DNA of 64,000 nucleotides from Escherichia coli (GTDB lineage Bacteria; Pseudomonadota; Gammaproteobacteria; Enterobacterales; Enterobacteriaceae): NCBI RefSeq assembly GCF_013122565.1, contig NZ_CP053258.1; one strand, 5' to 3'. Shown piece by piece: positions 1 to 10,886 of this stretch (position 1 is its first letter; each line of letters starts with the position of its first letter). The notes under the pieces were generated by a model. It saw only the letters and a program-made list of their open reading frames with translations, ran no database searches and was not told where the DNA came from. The position numbers and the translations under genes were made by a program.

Positions 1-197
1 GTTTGGGTATAGAAATACTGGACGGAAATATGCGTCCGGTGAAATTGAATGACCTTCATGCCGGGATGCAGTGGATCCCACTGGTACCAGAACAGAACAA
101 TGTTTTGCCTTACTCCGCTCGTTTGAAGTCAACTCAGAAGTCCGTCAATCCGGGACTGGTGAGCGCTTCGGCAACATTTACCCTTGAATTTCAATGA
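1..197 (+). CDS. ydeS: Fimbrial subunit, C-terminal fragment (start lies upstream of window)
   Basis: Reading frame runs in from the window edge; ends in ...ATFTLEFQ, a typical fimbrial-subunit C-terminal strand; position directly upstream of ydeR. Confidence 0.7.
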   Translation, partial: LGIEILDGNMRPVKLNDLHAGMQWIPLVPEQNNVLPYSARLKSTQKSVNPGLVSASATFTLEFQ

Positions 198-209
198 TCA
201 GAGTCAGAT

Positions 210-713
210 ATGAAAAGACTTCACAAGAGGTTCCTGTTAGCTACGTTTTGCGCGTTATTCACAGCAACTCTCCAGGCCGCCGATGTCACTATCACTGTTA
301 ATGGTCGGGTAGTCGCTAAACCCTGCACTATTCAAACCAAAGAAGCTAACGTTAATCTCGGGGATCTTTATACACGCAATCTGCAACAACCTGGTTCTGC
401 ATCAGGCTGGCACAATATTACTTTGTCATTAACCGATTGTCCGGTTGAAACAAGTGCAGTGACGGCAATCGTGACAGGTTCAACTGACAATACGGGTTAT
501 TACAAAAATGAAGGTACTGCCGAAAATATTCAGATAGAGCTAAGGGATGACCAGGATGCGACGTTAAAAAATGGCGATAGCAAAACGGTTATTGTTGATG
601 AGATCACTCGTAATGCACAGTTTCCACTTAAGGCAAGAGCTATCACGGTGAATGGAAACGCAAGCCAGGGAACGATCGAGGCGCTAATCAATGTGATCTA
701 CACTTGGCAATAA
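210..713 (+). CDS. ydeR: Fimbrial-like minor subunit (FimG-like), 167 aa
   Basis: ATG at 210; N-terminal signal peptide ending ...TLQAADV; pilin-like sequence; length matches K-12 YdeR. Confidence 0.85.
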   Translation: MKRLHKRFLLATFCALFTATLQAADVTITVNGRVVAKPCTIQTKEANVNLGDLYTRNLQQPGSASGWHNITLSLTDCPVETSAVTAIVTGSTDNTGYYKNEGTAENIQIELRDDQDATLKNGDSKTVIVDEITRNAQFPLKARAITVNGNASQGTIEALINVIYTWQ

Positions 714-772
714 CGTCGATTCGATTTTCTTAGCCTCCTTTTTAAATCAATTTTTTAACCTTAGGATATATC

Positions 773-1687
773 ATGGGTAAAACAATAAGTATGAAGGTTC
801 TGTTCGGTATTTATCTTCTATTAATAGCAGGCAAAGTTTTTGCCTTCAGTTGTAATGTCGATGGCGGGTCAAGTATTGGAGCAGGTACAACCTCTGTTTA
901 TGTTAATCTCGACCCTGTAATACAACCGGGCCAGAATCTGGTTGTAGACTTGTCTCAGCATATAAGTTGCTGGAATGATTACGGCGGCTGGTACGACACT
1001 GATCATATAAACCTGGTACAAGGCTCAGCTTTCGCAGGCTCCCTACAGTCATATAAAGGATCGCTGTACTGGAATAATGTGACCTACCCCTTCCCGTTGA
1101 CAACAAATACCAACGTATTGGATATTGGTGATAAGACACCGATGCCATTACCGTTAAAACTCTATATTACTCCAGTCGGGGCGGCCGGCGGAGTTGTCAT
1201 AAACGCGGGGGAAGTTATTGCCCGTATTCATATGTATAAAATTGCAACATTAGGAAGCGGAAATCCGCGTAATTTTACGTGGAATATTATTTCAAATAAC
1301 AGTGTTGTTATGCCAACAGGCGGCTGCACCGTTGATAGTCGTAATGTCAACGTGAATCTCCCGGACTTTCCTGGAAGCGCAGAAATACCCCTTGGCGTAT
1401 ATTGCTCAAGTGAACAAAAGCTCTCATTTTATCTTTCGGGTGCTACCACTGACAGTGCCAGACAAGTGTTTGCTAACACAGCACCAGATGCAACAAAAGC
1501 AGCGGGAGTGGGTGTCTCTCTGATGCGTAATGGAAAAATACTGGCTACGGGAGAAAATGTCTCCCTGGGGACAGTAAATAAAAGCAAAGTACCTCTGGGT
1601 TTAAGCGCAACCTATGGACAAACAGGAAACAAAGTTTCAGCCGGAACCGTCCAGTCAGTCATTGGTGTCACTTTTATCTATGAATAA
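773..1687 (+). CDS. ydeQ: FimH-like fimbrial adhesin, 304 aa
   Basis: Signal peptide then FSCNVDGGS...; clear similarity to FimH lectin and pilin domains (VVDLS, PTGGC, IGVTF motifs). Confidence 0.88.
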   Translation: MGKTISMKVLFGIYLLLIAGKVFAFSCNVDGGSSIGAGTTSVYVNLDPVIQPGQNLVVDLSQHISCWNDYGGWYDTDHINLVQGSAFAGSLQSYKGSLYWNNVTYPFPLTTNTNVLDIGDKTPMPLPLKLYITPVGAAGGVVINAGEVIARIHMYKIATLGSGNPRNFTWNIISNNSVVMPTGGCTVDSRNVNVNLPDFPGSAEIPLGVYCSSEQKLSFYLSGATTDSARQVFANTAPDATKAAGVGVSLMRNGKILATGENVSLGTVNKSKVPLGLSATYGQTGNKVSAGTVQSVIGVTFIYE

Positions 1688-1761
1688 TTGTGATTTTGAC
1701 CTTAGTCTATGCGCTCCATTCACGAAAATTGCGCGGATAATTATTTTGTGAAGGCTATTAT

Positions 1762-1784
1762 CCTACACCTGTAAGAAAATCCGC
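1762..1784 (+). promoter_or_regulatory. EvgA-box-like motif upstream of ydeP
   Basis: cctacacctgtaagaaaatccgc; near-identical to the motif upstream of safA. Confidence 0.6.
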
Positions 1785-2020
1785 GCACAATTGAAGCCAG
1801 AGTCTTATTTTTTATATTGAAAAACATGTTAATTTAAACACTATGAGAGATGATGCTTAATTTATCGTGTTTAATCTTTTGTTTAACGATAATAGATTAA
1901 AAATAGAAAGAGAGTAGTCCCCTACTCTTATATATCCATGTTGACGATAATCCCTTTGTATATACTGTGCATCATCGCTATTACAAATCCTAATAATTCA
2001 TTTCCACACAGGATAAGCAG

Positions 2021-4300
2021 ATGAAGAAAAAAATTGAATCCTACCAGGGAGCTGCCGGTGGTTGGGGTGCTGTTAAATCCGTAGCGAATGCAGTACGTAA
2101 GCAGATGGATATACGCCAGGATGTTATTGCCATGTTTGACATGAATAAGCCAGAGGGCTTTGACTGTCCGGGTTGTGCATGGCCAGATCCTAAGCACAGT
2201 GCGTCATTCGACATTTGTGAAAACGGCGCAAAAGCAATCGCCTGGGAAGTCACGGATAAGCAGGTAAACGCCTCTTTCTTTGCTGAGAATACGGTTCAAT
2301 CATTACTTACCTGGGGAGACCACGAGCTTGAGGCTGCGGGGCGACTCACTCAGCCTTTGAAATATGATGCCGTCAGCGACTGTTACAAGCCATTAAGCTG
2401 GCAACAAGCTTTCGATGAAATTGGCGCACGCCTTCAAAGCTATAGTGATCCCAATCAGGTTGAATTCTATACTTCGGGCCGCACTTCCAATGAAGCTGCC
2501 TTTCTTTATCAGCTTTTTGCCCGTGAATACGGGAGCAATAACTTTCCCGACTGCTCCAACATGTGCCATGAACCGACCAGTGTGGGTTTGGCAGCGAGTA
2601 TCGGTGTGGGTAAAGGGACCGTGTTGCTGGAAGACTTTGAGAAATGCGATTTAGTCATTTGCATTGGGCATAACCCTGGTACAAACCACCCTCGCATGTT
2701 GACTTCGTTGCGCGCTTTAGTGAAACGGGGAGCGAAAATGATCGCCATCAATCCTCTACAGGAACGTGGTCTGGAGCGATTTACCGCACCGCAAAACCCG
2801 TTTGAAATGCTGACGAACTCTGAGACTCAGTTGGCCAGTGCCTACTATAACGTGCGCATTGGTGGCGATATGGCGTTGCTCAAGGGGATGATGCGCCTGT
2901 TAATTGAGCGCGATGATGCTGCAAGCGCCGCAGGTCGGCCCTCATTGCTGGATGACGAATTTATTCAAACGCATACCGTCGGCTTTGACGAGCTACGCCG
3001 TGACGTTCTCAATTCCGAGTGGAAAGATATCGAACGTATTTCTGGACTAAGTCAGACTCAAATCGCCGAACTGGCTGATGCATATGCCGCTGCCGAACGC
3101 ACCATTATCTGTTACGGAATGGGGATCACTCAGCACGAACATGGTACCCAGAATGTACAGCAACTGGTCAATCTGCTGTTGATGAAAGGTAACATTGGCA
3201 AGCCTGGTGCGGGTATCTGCCCACTACGAGGTCACTCTAATGTACAGGGCGACCGAACCGTCGGTATCACCGAGAAACCGTCTGCAGAGTTTCTGGCTCG
3301 CCTGGGTGAGCGCTATGGTTTCACCCCACCTCATGCACCTGGACATGCTGCAATTGCCAGCATGCAAGCGATATGTACGGGGCAGGCTCGAGCATTGATC
3401 TGCATGGGGGGCAACTTTGCACTGGCAATGCCAGATCGGGAAGCGAGCGCTGTACCGTTAACGCAATTAGATTTGGCGGTACACGTAGCCACTAAGCTTA
3501 ACCGCTCTCATCTGCTGACCGCACAGCATAGCTATATTCTGCCGGTTCTTGGGCGTAGCGAGATTGACATGCAAAAAAGCGGTGCGCAGGCGGTAACCGT
3601 TGAGGATTCAATGTCGATGATTCATGCCTCGCGTGGCGTGTTAAAACCCGCCGGTGTAATGCTGAAATCAGAGTGTGCAGTGGTCGCGGGTATCGCGCAG
3701 GCGGCACTACCCCAGAGCGTGGTAGCCTGGGAGTATCTGGTGGAAGATTATGATCGCATTCGCAATGACATTGAAGCTGTGCTGCCAGAGTTCGCCGACT
3801 ATAACCAGCGCATCCGACATCCTGGAGGTTTTCACCTGATAAACGCAGCTGCTGAAAGGCGCTGGATGACGTCGTCAGGTAAGGCTAATTTCATTACCAG
3901 TAAAGGGCTGTTAGAAGATCCCTCTTCAGCGTTTAACAGTAAGCTAGTCATGGCGACAGTACGCAGTCACGATCAGTACAACACGACGATTTATGGTATG
4001 GATGATCGCTATCGAGGGGTATTCGGTCAACGAGATGTGGTCTTTATGAGTGCTAAACAAGCTAAAATTTGCCGTGTAAAAAACGGCGAAAGAGTTAATC
4101 TTATTGCGCTTACGCCAGACGGTAAGCGAAGCTCACGCCGCATGGATAGATTAAAAGTGGTCATTTACCCTATGGCTGACCGCTCACTGGTGACCTATTT
4201 TCCAGAATCGAATCACATGCTAACACTTGATAACCACGATCCATTAAGTGGCATTCCAGGCTATAAAAGTATTCCGGTTGAATTAGAACCATCAAATTAA
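2021..4300 (+). CDS. ydeP: Molybdopterin oxidoreductase, acid-resistance protein YdeP, 759 aa
   Basis: Full-length ORF; Cys motif CPGCAWPDP; formate-dehydrogenase-like molybdoenzyme family; EvgA-box-like motif upstream. Confidence 0.93.
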   Translation: MKKKIESYQGAAGGWGAVKSVANAVRKQMDIRQDVIAMFDMNKPEGFDCPGCAWPDPKHSASFDICENGAKAIAWEVTDKQVNASFFAENTVQSLLTWGDHELEAAGRLTQPLKYDAVSDCYKPLSWQQAFDEIGARLQSYSDPNQVEFYTSGRTSNEAAFLYQLFAREYGSNNFPDCSNMCHEPTSVGLAASIGVGKGTVLLEDFEKCDLVICIGHNPGTNHPRMLTSLRALVKRGAKMIAINPLQERGLERFTAPQNPFEMLTNSETQLASAYYNVRIGGDMALLKGMMRLLIERDDAASAAGRPSLLDDEFIQTHTVGFDELRRDVLNSEWKDIERISGLSQTQIAELADAYAAAERTIICYGMGITQHEHGTQNVQQLVNLLLMKGNIGKPGAGICPLRGHSNVQGDRTVGITEKPSAEFLARLGERYGFTPPHAPGHAAIASMQAICTGQARALICMGGNFALAMPDREASAVPLTQLDLAVHVATKLNRSHLLTAQHSYILPVLGRSEIDMQKSGAQAVTVEDSMSMIHASRGVLKPAGVMLKSECAVVAGIAQAALPQSVVAWEYLVEDYDRIRNDIEAVLPEFADYNQRIRHPGGFHLINAAAERRWMTSSGKANFITSKGLLEDPSSAFNSKLVMATVRSHDQYNTTIYGMDDRYRGVFGQRDVVFMSAKQAKICRVKNGERVNLIALTPDGKRSSRRMDRLKVVIYPMADRSLVTYFPESNHMLTLDNHDPLSGIPGYKSIPVELEPSN

Positions 4301-4313
4301 TGCCTCTTCTCAT

Positions 4314-4344
4314 TTCTTCTGCTGTCATCCGCACAGCAGAAGAA
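4314..4344 (+). terminator. 12-bp perfect-stem hairpin downstream of ydeP
   Basis: ttcttctgctgt / catccgc loop / acagcagaagaa; weak T tract after it. Confidence 0.5.
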
Positions 4345-4420
4345 TTCCTCATTGACTATTATCGCGCAATTTGCTCACATGGATTAAATTAAACCACATC
4401 CTATAAGATATAAACTTCTG

Positions 4421-4443
4421 CCTACAGCTGTAAGAAACTCCGC
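4421..4443 (+). promoter_or_regulatory. EvgA-box-like motif upstream of safA-ydeO
   Basis: cctacagctgtaagaaactccgc; 21 of 23 identical to the ydeP copy; inverted half-sites CCTACA / TGTAAG. Confidence 0.6.
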
Positions 4444-4547
4444 TCAGTACTGAAGTGTCAGTCCTATTTCCTCTTTTCTCCAGCCTGTTATATTAAGCAT
4501 ACTGATTAACGATTTTTAACGTTATCCGCTAAATTAACATATTTGAA

Positions 4548-4745
4548 ATGCATGCGACCACAGTGAAAAACAAAATCACGCAACGAGACAACTATAAAGA
4601 GATCATGTCTGTAATTGTGGTTGTCTTATTACTGACTCTTACATTGATAGCCATTTTTTCGGCAATTGATCAGCTGGGTATTTCAGAAATGGGTCGCATT
4701 GCAAGAGATCTTACACATTTCATTATCAATAGTTTGCAAGACTGA
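4548..4745 (+). CDS. safA: Small membrane protein SafA (EvgS/EvgA to PhoQ connector), 65 aa
   Basis: 65-aa ORF with one hydrophobic helix (VIVVVLLLTLTLIAIFSAI); immediately upstream of ydeO as in the K-12 safA-ydeO operon. Confidence 0.85.
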   Translation: MHATTVKNKITQRDNYKEIMSVIVVVLLLTLTLIAIFSAIDQLGISEMGRIARDLTHFIINSLQD

Positions 4746-4818
4746 AAATAAACAGCAAATTATAAATGTGAAATGTTTAAAAGGTATCGATAAAACTTTA
4801 TTGTTTTAAGGAGATAAA

Positions 4819-5580
4819 ATGTCGCTCGTTTGTTCTGTTATATTTATTCATCATGCCTTCAACGCTAACATTTTAGATAAAGATTACGCCTTCTCTGATG
4901 GCGAGATCCTGATGGTAGATAACGCTGTTCGTACGCATTTTGAACCTTATGAGCGGCATTTCAAAGAAATAGGATTTAATGAAAATACCATTAAAAAATA
5001 TCTACAATGCACTAACATCCAGACAGTGACGATGCCTGTTCCTGCGAAGTTTTTACGTGCTTCAAATGTACCGACTGGATTGCTTAATGAAATGATTGCT
5101 TATCTCAACTCGGAAGAACGCAATCATCATAACTTTTCAGAACTTTTGCTTTTTTCTTGCCTGTCTATTTTTGCCACATGCAAAGGTTTCATTACACTAT
5201 TAACTAACGGTGTGCTATCCGTTTCCGGGAAAGTGAGAAATATTGTCAACATGAAGCTGGCGCACCCATGGAAGCTGAAAGATATTTGTGACTGCCTGTA
5301 CATTAGTGAAAGCCTGTTGAAGAAAAAACTAAAGCAAGAGCAAACGACATTCTCACAGATTCTTTTAGATGCCAGAATGCAGCACGCAAAAAATTTGATA
5401 CGCGTAGAAGGTTCAGTCAATAAAATTGCCGAACAATGTGGTTATGCGAGTACATCTTATTTTATTTATGCGTTCCGCAAACATTTCGGCAACAGTCCAA
5501 AGAGAGTTTCTAAGGAGTACCGTTGTCAAAGGCACACGGGTAGGAATACGGGCAACACGATGAATGCTTTAGCTATTTGA
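4819..5580 (+). CDS. ydeO: AraC-family acid-resistance regulator YdeO, 253 aa
   Basis: RBS aaggag 8 nt upstream of ATG; C-terminal AraC-type HTH (AEQCGYASTSYFIYAFRKHFG). Confidence 0.93.
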   Translation: MSLVCSVIFIHHAFNANILDKDYAFSDGEILMVDNAVRTHFEPYERHFKEIGFNENTIKKYLQCTNIQTVTMPVPAKFLRASNVPTGLLNEMIAYLNSEERNHHNFSELLLFSCLSIFATCKGFITLLTNGVLSVSGKVRNIVNMKLAHPWKLKDICDCLYISESLLKKKLKQEQTTFSQILLDARMQHAKNLIRVEGSVNKIAEQCGYASTSYFIYAFRKHFGNSPKRVSKEYRCQRHTGRNTGNTMNALAI

Positions 5581-5628
5581 TTATTTGCTAACGAGTAGTC
5601 AACCACACACGCTGCGTAAGAATTAAAT

Positions 5629-5660
5629 GGGGCAGCCATTCCCTGCCCCGCGTTGTTTTT
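5629..5660 (+). terminator. Rho-independent terminator after ydeO
   Basis: ggggcag / loop / ctgcccc followed by gcgttgttttt. Confidence 0.7.
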
Positions 5661-5981
5661 AGGTGATATATTTCTTGAAATAAATAAGTGACAGCCATCA
5701 CATATTTATGCATTTGCATAACCCGTTGCATGATTATTTATGATCTCAATTCGGTATTTTGTCAGTAAAATCCAATAATTTATTAAATATCAATAGATTA
5801 GTTGTTTATCAACGAGAAATTACTTAGTAGAACAGAAAGTAATGTCAACAGTTTATGGACTGTTATTTCTCTTTTTTTAGCTAAATCTGCTATCTCTTTA
5901 TGTGACTAACTTCACTTACATCCACTTATTTCTCTTCATAAAATTACTTTGGAATTAAGTACAATAAGAAGAGGAACATTT

Positions 5982-7664
5982 ATGAAGTCTGCATTAAAGA
6001 AAAGTGTCGTAAGTACCTCGATATCTTTGATACTGGCATCTGGTATGGCTGCATTTGCTGCTCATGCGGCAGATGATGTAAAGCTGAAAGCAACCAAAAC
6101 AAACGTTGCTTTCTCAGACTTTACGCCGACTGAATACAGTACCAAAGGAAAGCCAAATATTATCGTACTGACCATGGATGATCTTGGTTATGGACAACTT
6201 CCTTTTGATAAGGGATCTTTTGACCCAAAAACAATGGAAAATCGTGAAATTGTCGATACCTACAAAATAGGGATAGATAAAGCCATTGAAGCTGCGCAAA
6301 AATCAACGCCGACGCTCCTGTCATTAATGGATGAAGGCGTACGTTTTACTAACGGCTATGTGGCGCACGGTGTTTCCGGCCCCTCCCGCGCCGCAATAAT
6401 GACCGGTCGAGCGCCCGCCCGCTTTGGGGTCTATTCCAATACCGATGCTCAGGATGGTATTCCGCTAACAGAAACTTTCTTGCCTGAATTATTCCAGAAT
6501 CATGGTTATTACACTGCAGCAGTAGGTAAATGGCACTTGTCAAAAATCAGTAATGTGCCGGTACCGGAAGATAAACAAACACGTGACTATCATGACAACT
6601 TCACCACATTTTCTGCGGAAGAATGGCAACCTCAAAACCGTGGCTTTGATTACTTTATGGGATTCCACGCTGCAGGAACGGCATATTACAACTCCCCTTC
6701 ACTGTTCAAAAATCGTGAACGTGTCCCCGCAAAAGGTTATATCAGCGATCAGTTAACCGATGAGGCAATTGGCGTTGTTGATCGTGCCAAAACACTTGAC
6801 CAGCCTTTTATGCTTTACCTGGCTTATAATGCTCCGCACCTGCCAAATGATAATCCTGCACCGGAGCAATATCAGAAGCAATTTAATACCGGTAGTCAAA
6901 CAGCGGATAACTACTACGCTTCCGTTTATTCTGTTGATCAGGGTGTAAAACGCATTCTCGAACAACTGAAGAAAAACGGACAGTATGACAATACAATTAT
7001 TCTCTTTACCTCCGATAATGGTGCGGTTATCGATGGTCCTCTGCCGCTGAACGGGGCGCAAAAAGGCTATAAGAGTCAGACCTATCCTGGCGGTACTCAC
7101 ACCCCAATGTTTATGTGGTGGAAAGGAAAACTTCAACCCGGTAATTATGACAAACTGATTTCCGCAATGGATTTCTACCCGACAGCTCTCGATGCAGCCG
7201 ATATCAGCATTCCAAAAGACCTTAAGCTGGATGGCGTTTCCTTGCTGCCCTGGTTGCAAGATAAGAAACAAGGCGAGCCACATAAAAATCTGACCTGGAT
7301 AACCTCTTATTCTCACTGGTTTGACGAGGAAAATATTCCATTCTGGGATAATTACCACAAATTTGTCCGCCATCAGTCAGACGATTACCCGCATAACCCC
7401 AACACCGAGGACTTAAGCCAATTCTCTTATACGGTGAGAAATAACGATTATTCGCTTGTCTATACAGTAGAAAACAATCAGTTAGGTCTATACAAACTGA
7501 CGGATCTACAGCAAAAAGATAACATTGCCGCCGCCAATCCGCAGGTCGTTAAAGAGATGCAAGGCGTGGTAAGAGAGTTTATCGATAGCAGCCAGCCACC
7601 GCTTAGCGAGGTAAATCAGGAGAAGTTTAACAATATCAAGAAAGCACTAAGCGAAGCGAAATAA
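5982..7664 (+). CDS. ydeN: Putative sulfatase YdeN, about 560 aa
   Basis: Internal ATG at 5982 preceded by aagaggaa RBS; signal peptide; sulfatase family features (MDDLGYGQ, active-site region SGPSRAAIMTGR). Confidence 0.9.
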   Translation: MKSALKKSVVSTSISLILASGMAAFAAHAADDVKLKATKTNVAFSDFTPTEYSTKGKPNIIVLTMDDLGYGQLPFDKGSFDPKTMENREIVDTYKIGIDKAIEAAQKSTPTLLSLMDEGVRFTNGYVAHGVSGPSRAAIMTGRAPARFGVYSNTDAQDGIPLTETFLPELFQNHGYYTAAVGKWHLSKISNVPVPEDKQTRDYHDNFTTFSAEEWQPQNRGFDYFMGFHAAGTAYYNSPSLFKNRERVPAKGYISDQLTDEAIGVVDRAKTLDQPFMLYLAYNAPHLPNDNPAPEQYQKQFNTGSQTADNYYASVYSVDQGVKRILEQLKKNGQYDNTIILFTSDNGAVIDGPLPLNGAQKGYKSQTYPGGTHTPMFMWWKGKLQPGNYDKLISAMDFYPTALDAADISIPKDLKLDGVSLLPWLQDKKQGEPHKNLTWITSYSHWFDEENIPFWDNYHKFVRHQSDDYPHNPNTEDLSQFSYTVRNNDYSLVYTVENNQLGLYKLTDLQQKDNIAAANPQVVKEMQGVVREFIDSSQPPLSEVNQEKFNNIKKALSEAK

Positions 7665-7676
7665 CTAAACCTTCAT

Positions 7677-7699
7677 GCGGCGGATTTTTCCGCCGCCTT
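7677..7699 (+). terminator. Hairpin between ydeN and ydeM
   Basis: gcggcgg / attttt / ccgccgc then cttatt. Confidence 0.55.
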
Positions 7700-7715
7700 A
7701 TTGAGCGAGATAGCG

Positions 7716-8873
7716 ATGCACGTTACAGCCAAGCCCTCCAGTTTTCAATGTAATCTCAAATGTGATTACTGTTTTTACCTTGAAAAAGAGTCGCAGTTTA
7801 CTCATGAAAAATGGATGGATGACAGCACTCTGAAAGAGTTCATCAAACAATATATCGCAGCGTCTGGCAATCAGGTCTATTTTACCTGGCAAGGCGGTGA
7901 ACCCACTCTGGCTGGCCTGGATTTTTTCCGTAAAGTTATTCACTATCAACAACGCTATGCAGGCCAAAAACGTATTTTTAATGCATTACAAACGAATGGC
8001 ATTTTATTGAATAATGAATGGTGTGCCTTTCTCAAAGAACATGAGTTTCTGGTTGGTATCTCGATCGATGGCCCCCAGGAGCTACATGACCTTTACAGAC
8101 GCAGTAATTCAGGCAACGGTACTTTTGCAAAAGTGATAGCAGCCATCGAGCGTCTGAAATCATATCAAGTAGAGTTTAATACGTTAACCGTCATTAATAA
8201 CGTTAATGTCCATTACCCTCTTGAGGTTTATCATTTTTTAAAATCTATCGGCAGTAAACATATGCAATTTATCGAATTGCTAGAAACCGGGACGCCGAAT
8301 ATTGATTTCAGTGGTCACAGTGAGAACACATTCCGTATCATTGATTTTTCTGTGCCTCCCACGGCTTATGGCAAGTTTATGTCAACCATTTTTATGCAAT
8401 GGGTTAAAAACGATGTGGGTGAAATTTTCATCCGTCAGTTTGAAAGCTTTGTCAGCCGTTTTTTGGGGAATGGGCATACCAGTTGTATTTTCCAGGAGTC
8501 CTGCAAGGATAATCTGGTTGTTGAAAGTAATGGAGATATTTACGAATGCGACCATTTTGTCTATCCACAGTACAAAATTGGAAACATTAATAAATCTGAA
8601 CTTAAAACGATGAACAGTGTACAACTGACAGCGCAAAAAAAACGGATTTCAGCGAAATGTCAGCAATGTGCATATAAACCTATCTGCAATGGCGGTTGCC
8701 CTAAGCATCGTATTACTAAAGTAAACAATGAGACTGTTTCCTATTTTTGCGAAGGTTATAAAATCCTTTTTTCAACCATGGTACCTTATATGAACGCCAT
8801 GGTGGAGTTAGCCAAGAACAGAGTACCGCTTTACCACATTATGGATGTTGCAAAACAAATGGAGAATAATTAA
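7716..8873 (+). CDS. ydeM: Anaerobic sulfatase-maturating radical SAM enzyme homologue YdeM
   Basis: CxxxCxxC radical-SAM motif (CNLKCDYC) near N-terminus; C-terminal Cys clusters (SPASM-like); paired with sulfatase ydeN. Confidence 0.9.
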   Translation: MHVTAKPSSFQCNLKCDYCFYLEKESQFTHEKWMDDSTLKEFIKQYIAASGNQVYFTWQGGEPTLAGLDFFRKVIHYQQRYAGQKRIFNALQTNGILLNNEWCAFLKEHEFLVGISIDGPQELHDLYRRSNSGNGTFAKVIAAIERLKSYQVEFNTLTVINNVNVHYPLEVYHFLKSIGSKHMQFIELLETGTPNIDFSGHSENTFRIIDFSVPPTAYGKFMSTIFMQWVKNDVGEIFIRQFESFVSRFLGNGHTSCIFQESCKDNLVVESNGDIYECDHFVYPQYKIGNINKSELKTMNSVQLTAQKKRISAKCQQCAYKPICNGGCPKHRITKVNNETVSYFCEGYKILFSTMVPYMNAMVELAKNRVPLYHIMDVAKQMENN

Positions 8874-8926
8874 TAACGCTCTCTTTTAGCTCCATTCTTA
8901 GCCTCCTTCTTATGACCTTAACAAGG

Positions 8927-8957
8927 CACCCGACATAAATTCCTGTCGGGTGTTTCG
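8927..8957 (+). terminator. Rho-independent terminator after ydeM
   Basis: cacccgaca / loop / tgtcgggtg followed by tttcg. Confidence 0.65.
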
Positions 8958-9127
8958 TCATCATCATCTTCCCTTGCGAAAATCCTGGCTTACGTGGTAT
9001 GCGTCAGGGCATTAGCAATACCCTTGATTATCAATAGCATAACCATAACTGATGAAAATGAAAAATTTCTATATATTTCATATTGTTAAGTGATACTTAA
9101 ATAAATTTCATCAGTAAATCATTGCCA

Positions 9128-9175
9128 TAGATAATCATTGGATGGCACAATCAATTTTCGCTAATGATAACCATT
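9128..9175 (+). promoter_or_regulatory. Two Fur-box-like sequences at the yddA 5' end
   Basis: gataatcattgg (9128-9141) and taatgataaccatt (9161-9175) versus Fur consensus GATAATGATAATCATTATC; the second overlaps the annotated ATG. Confidence 0.5.
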
Positions 9176-10849
9176 CCCATTACGTTTTGTATGTTGATAG
9201 CAAAGTATCTCTGTCTGCTGAAGCCCTTTTGGCTGCGTAAGAATAATAAAACTTCAGTGTTGTTAATCATTATTATCCTCGCCATGATCCTTGGCGTGGT
9301 TAAAATTCAGGTCTGGTTAAACGACTGGAATAATGATTTTTTCAATGCGCTAAGCCAGAAAGAAACCGATAAGCTTTGGCAGCTTGTCCTTTGGTTCCCG
9401 GCCTTGCTGGGGATCTTTGTATTAATATCCGTAAACAAAACATGGTTAATTAAACTGCTGACTATTCGCTGGCGCGAATGGTTAACAGATTACTACCTTA
9501 ATCGCTGGTTTGCAGATAAAAACTACTACTTCACGCAGATCTACGGTGAGCATAAAAATACAGATAACCCTGACCAACGTATCGCTGAAGACATCCTCTT
9601 ACTGATCAGCAAAACGCTCAGTCTTTCATTTGGCTTCATCCAGTCACTTAGCATGTTGATCACCTTTACCGTTATTCTTTGGCAAAGCGCGGGTACGCTC
9701 TCATTCACTGTTGGTGGAACAGAATGGAATATCCAGGGGTATATGGTCTATACCGTTGTGCTCATTGTGATCGGTGGAACTTTATTTACCCATAAGGTGG
9801 GTAAACGTATTCGTCCGCTTAATGTGGAAAAACAACGTAGCGAAGCGACATTTCGAACTAATCTTGTGCAGCATAATAAGCAGGCAGAACTGATTGCGCT
9901 AAGCAATGCTGAGTCTCTACAACGCCAGGAGTTGAGCGACAATTTTCATACCATTAAAGAGAACTGGCATCGTTTAATGAATCGTCAGCGGTGGCTTGAT
10001 TACTGGCAGAATATTTATTCGCGCTCGCTTAGCGTTCTTCCCTACTTTCTGTTATTGCCACAGTTTATTAGCGGACAGATCAATCTGGGCGGACTGATGA
10101 AATCGCGCCAGGCATTTATGCTGGTATCGAACAATTTAAGCTGGTTTATTTATAAATATGATGAACTTGCTGAACTGGCTGCGGTTATCGATCGCTTGTA
10201 TGAGTTCCATCAACTCACCGAACAGCGCCCTACGAATAAGCCTAAAAATTGCCAACATGCGGTACAAGTGGCTGACGCGAGTATTCGTACTCCTGATAAT
10301 AAGATCATATTAGAGAACCTGAACTTTCATGTTTCGCCTGGCAAATGGCTATTACTGAAAGGTTACTCTGGTGCGGGAAAAACCACACTGCTTAAAACAT
10401 TATCTCACTGCTGGCCGTGGTTTAAAGGTGATATTTCTTCTCCTGCTGACAGTTGGTATGTGTCACAAACACCGTTAATCAAAACCGGCTTGCTGAAAGA
10501 GATTATTTGTAAAGCACTTCCCCTGCCCGTAGACGATAAATCGTTGAGCGAAGTACTGCATCAGGTTGGTCTTGGGAAATTGGCTGCGCGTATTCATGAC
10601 CACGATCGCTGGGGAGATATTCTTTCCAGCGGCGAAAAACAACGTATCGCCCTGGCACGATTAATTTTACGACGTCCGAAATGGATATTTCTTGACGAAA
10701 CTACCTCTCATCTTGAGGAACAAGAGGCTATCCGCTTACTGCGTTTAGTACGTGAAAAACTACCCACAAGCGGCGTCATTATGGTTACACATCAACCCGG
10801 TGTCTGGAACCTGGCTGATGATATTTGTGACATTAGCGCGGTTTTATAA
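9164..10849 (+). CDS. yddA: Fused ABC transporter permease/ATPase YddA, 561 aa
   Basis: N-terminal transmembrane domain plus C-terminal ABC ATPase (Walker A GYSGAGKTT, signature LSSGEKQR). Confidence 0.9.
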   Translation: MITIPITFCMLIAKYLCLLKPFWLRKNNKTSVLLIIIILAMILGVVKIQVWLNDWNNDFFNALSQKETDKLWQLVLWFPALLGIFVLISVNKTWLIKLLTIRWREWLTDYYLNRWFADKNYYFTQIYGEHKNTDNPDQRIAEDILLLISKTLSLSFGFIQSLSMLITFTVILWQSAGTLSFTVGGTEWNIQGYMVYTVVLIVIGGTLFTHKVGKRIRPLNVEKQRSEATFRTNLVQHNKQAELIALSNAESLQRQELSDNFHTIKENWHRLMNRQRWLDYWQNIYSRSLSVLPYFLLLPQFISGQINLGGLMKSRQAFMLVSNNLSWFIYKYDELAELAAVIDRLYEFHQLTEQRPTNKPKNCQHAVQVADASIRTPDNKIILENLNFHVSPGKWLLLKGYSGAGKTTLLKTLSHCWPWFKGDISSPADSWYVSQTPLIKTGLLKEIICKALPLPVDDKSLSEVLHQVGLGKLAARIHDHDRWGDILSSGEKQRIALARLILRRPKWIFLDETTSHLEEQEAIRLLRLVREKLPTSGVIMVTHQPGVWNLADDICDISAVL

Positions 10850-10886
10850 AAACAATAAAAGCCCTGCTGTACGGAGATATAAATAA

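Noticed and set aside
6753-7373. 206-aa minus-strand ORF
   Set aside because: Embedded antisense in ydeN (sulfatase); no independent signals.
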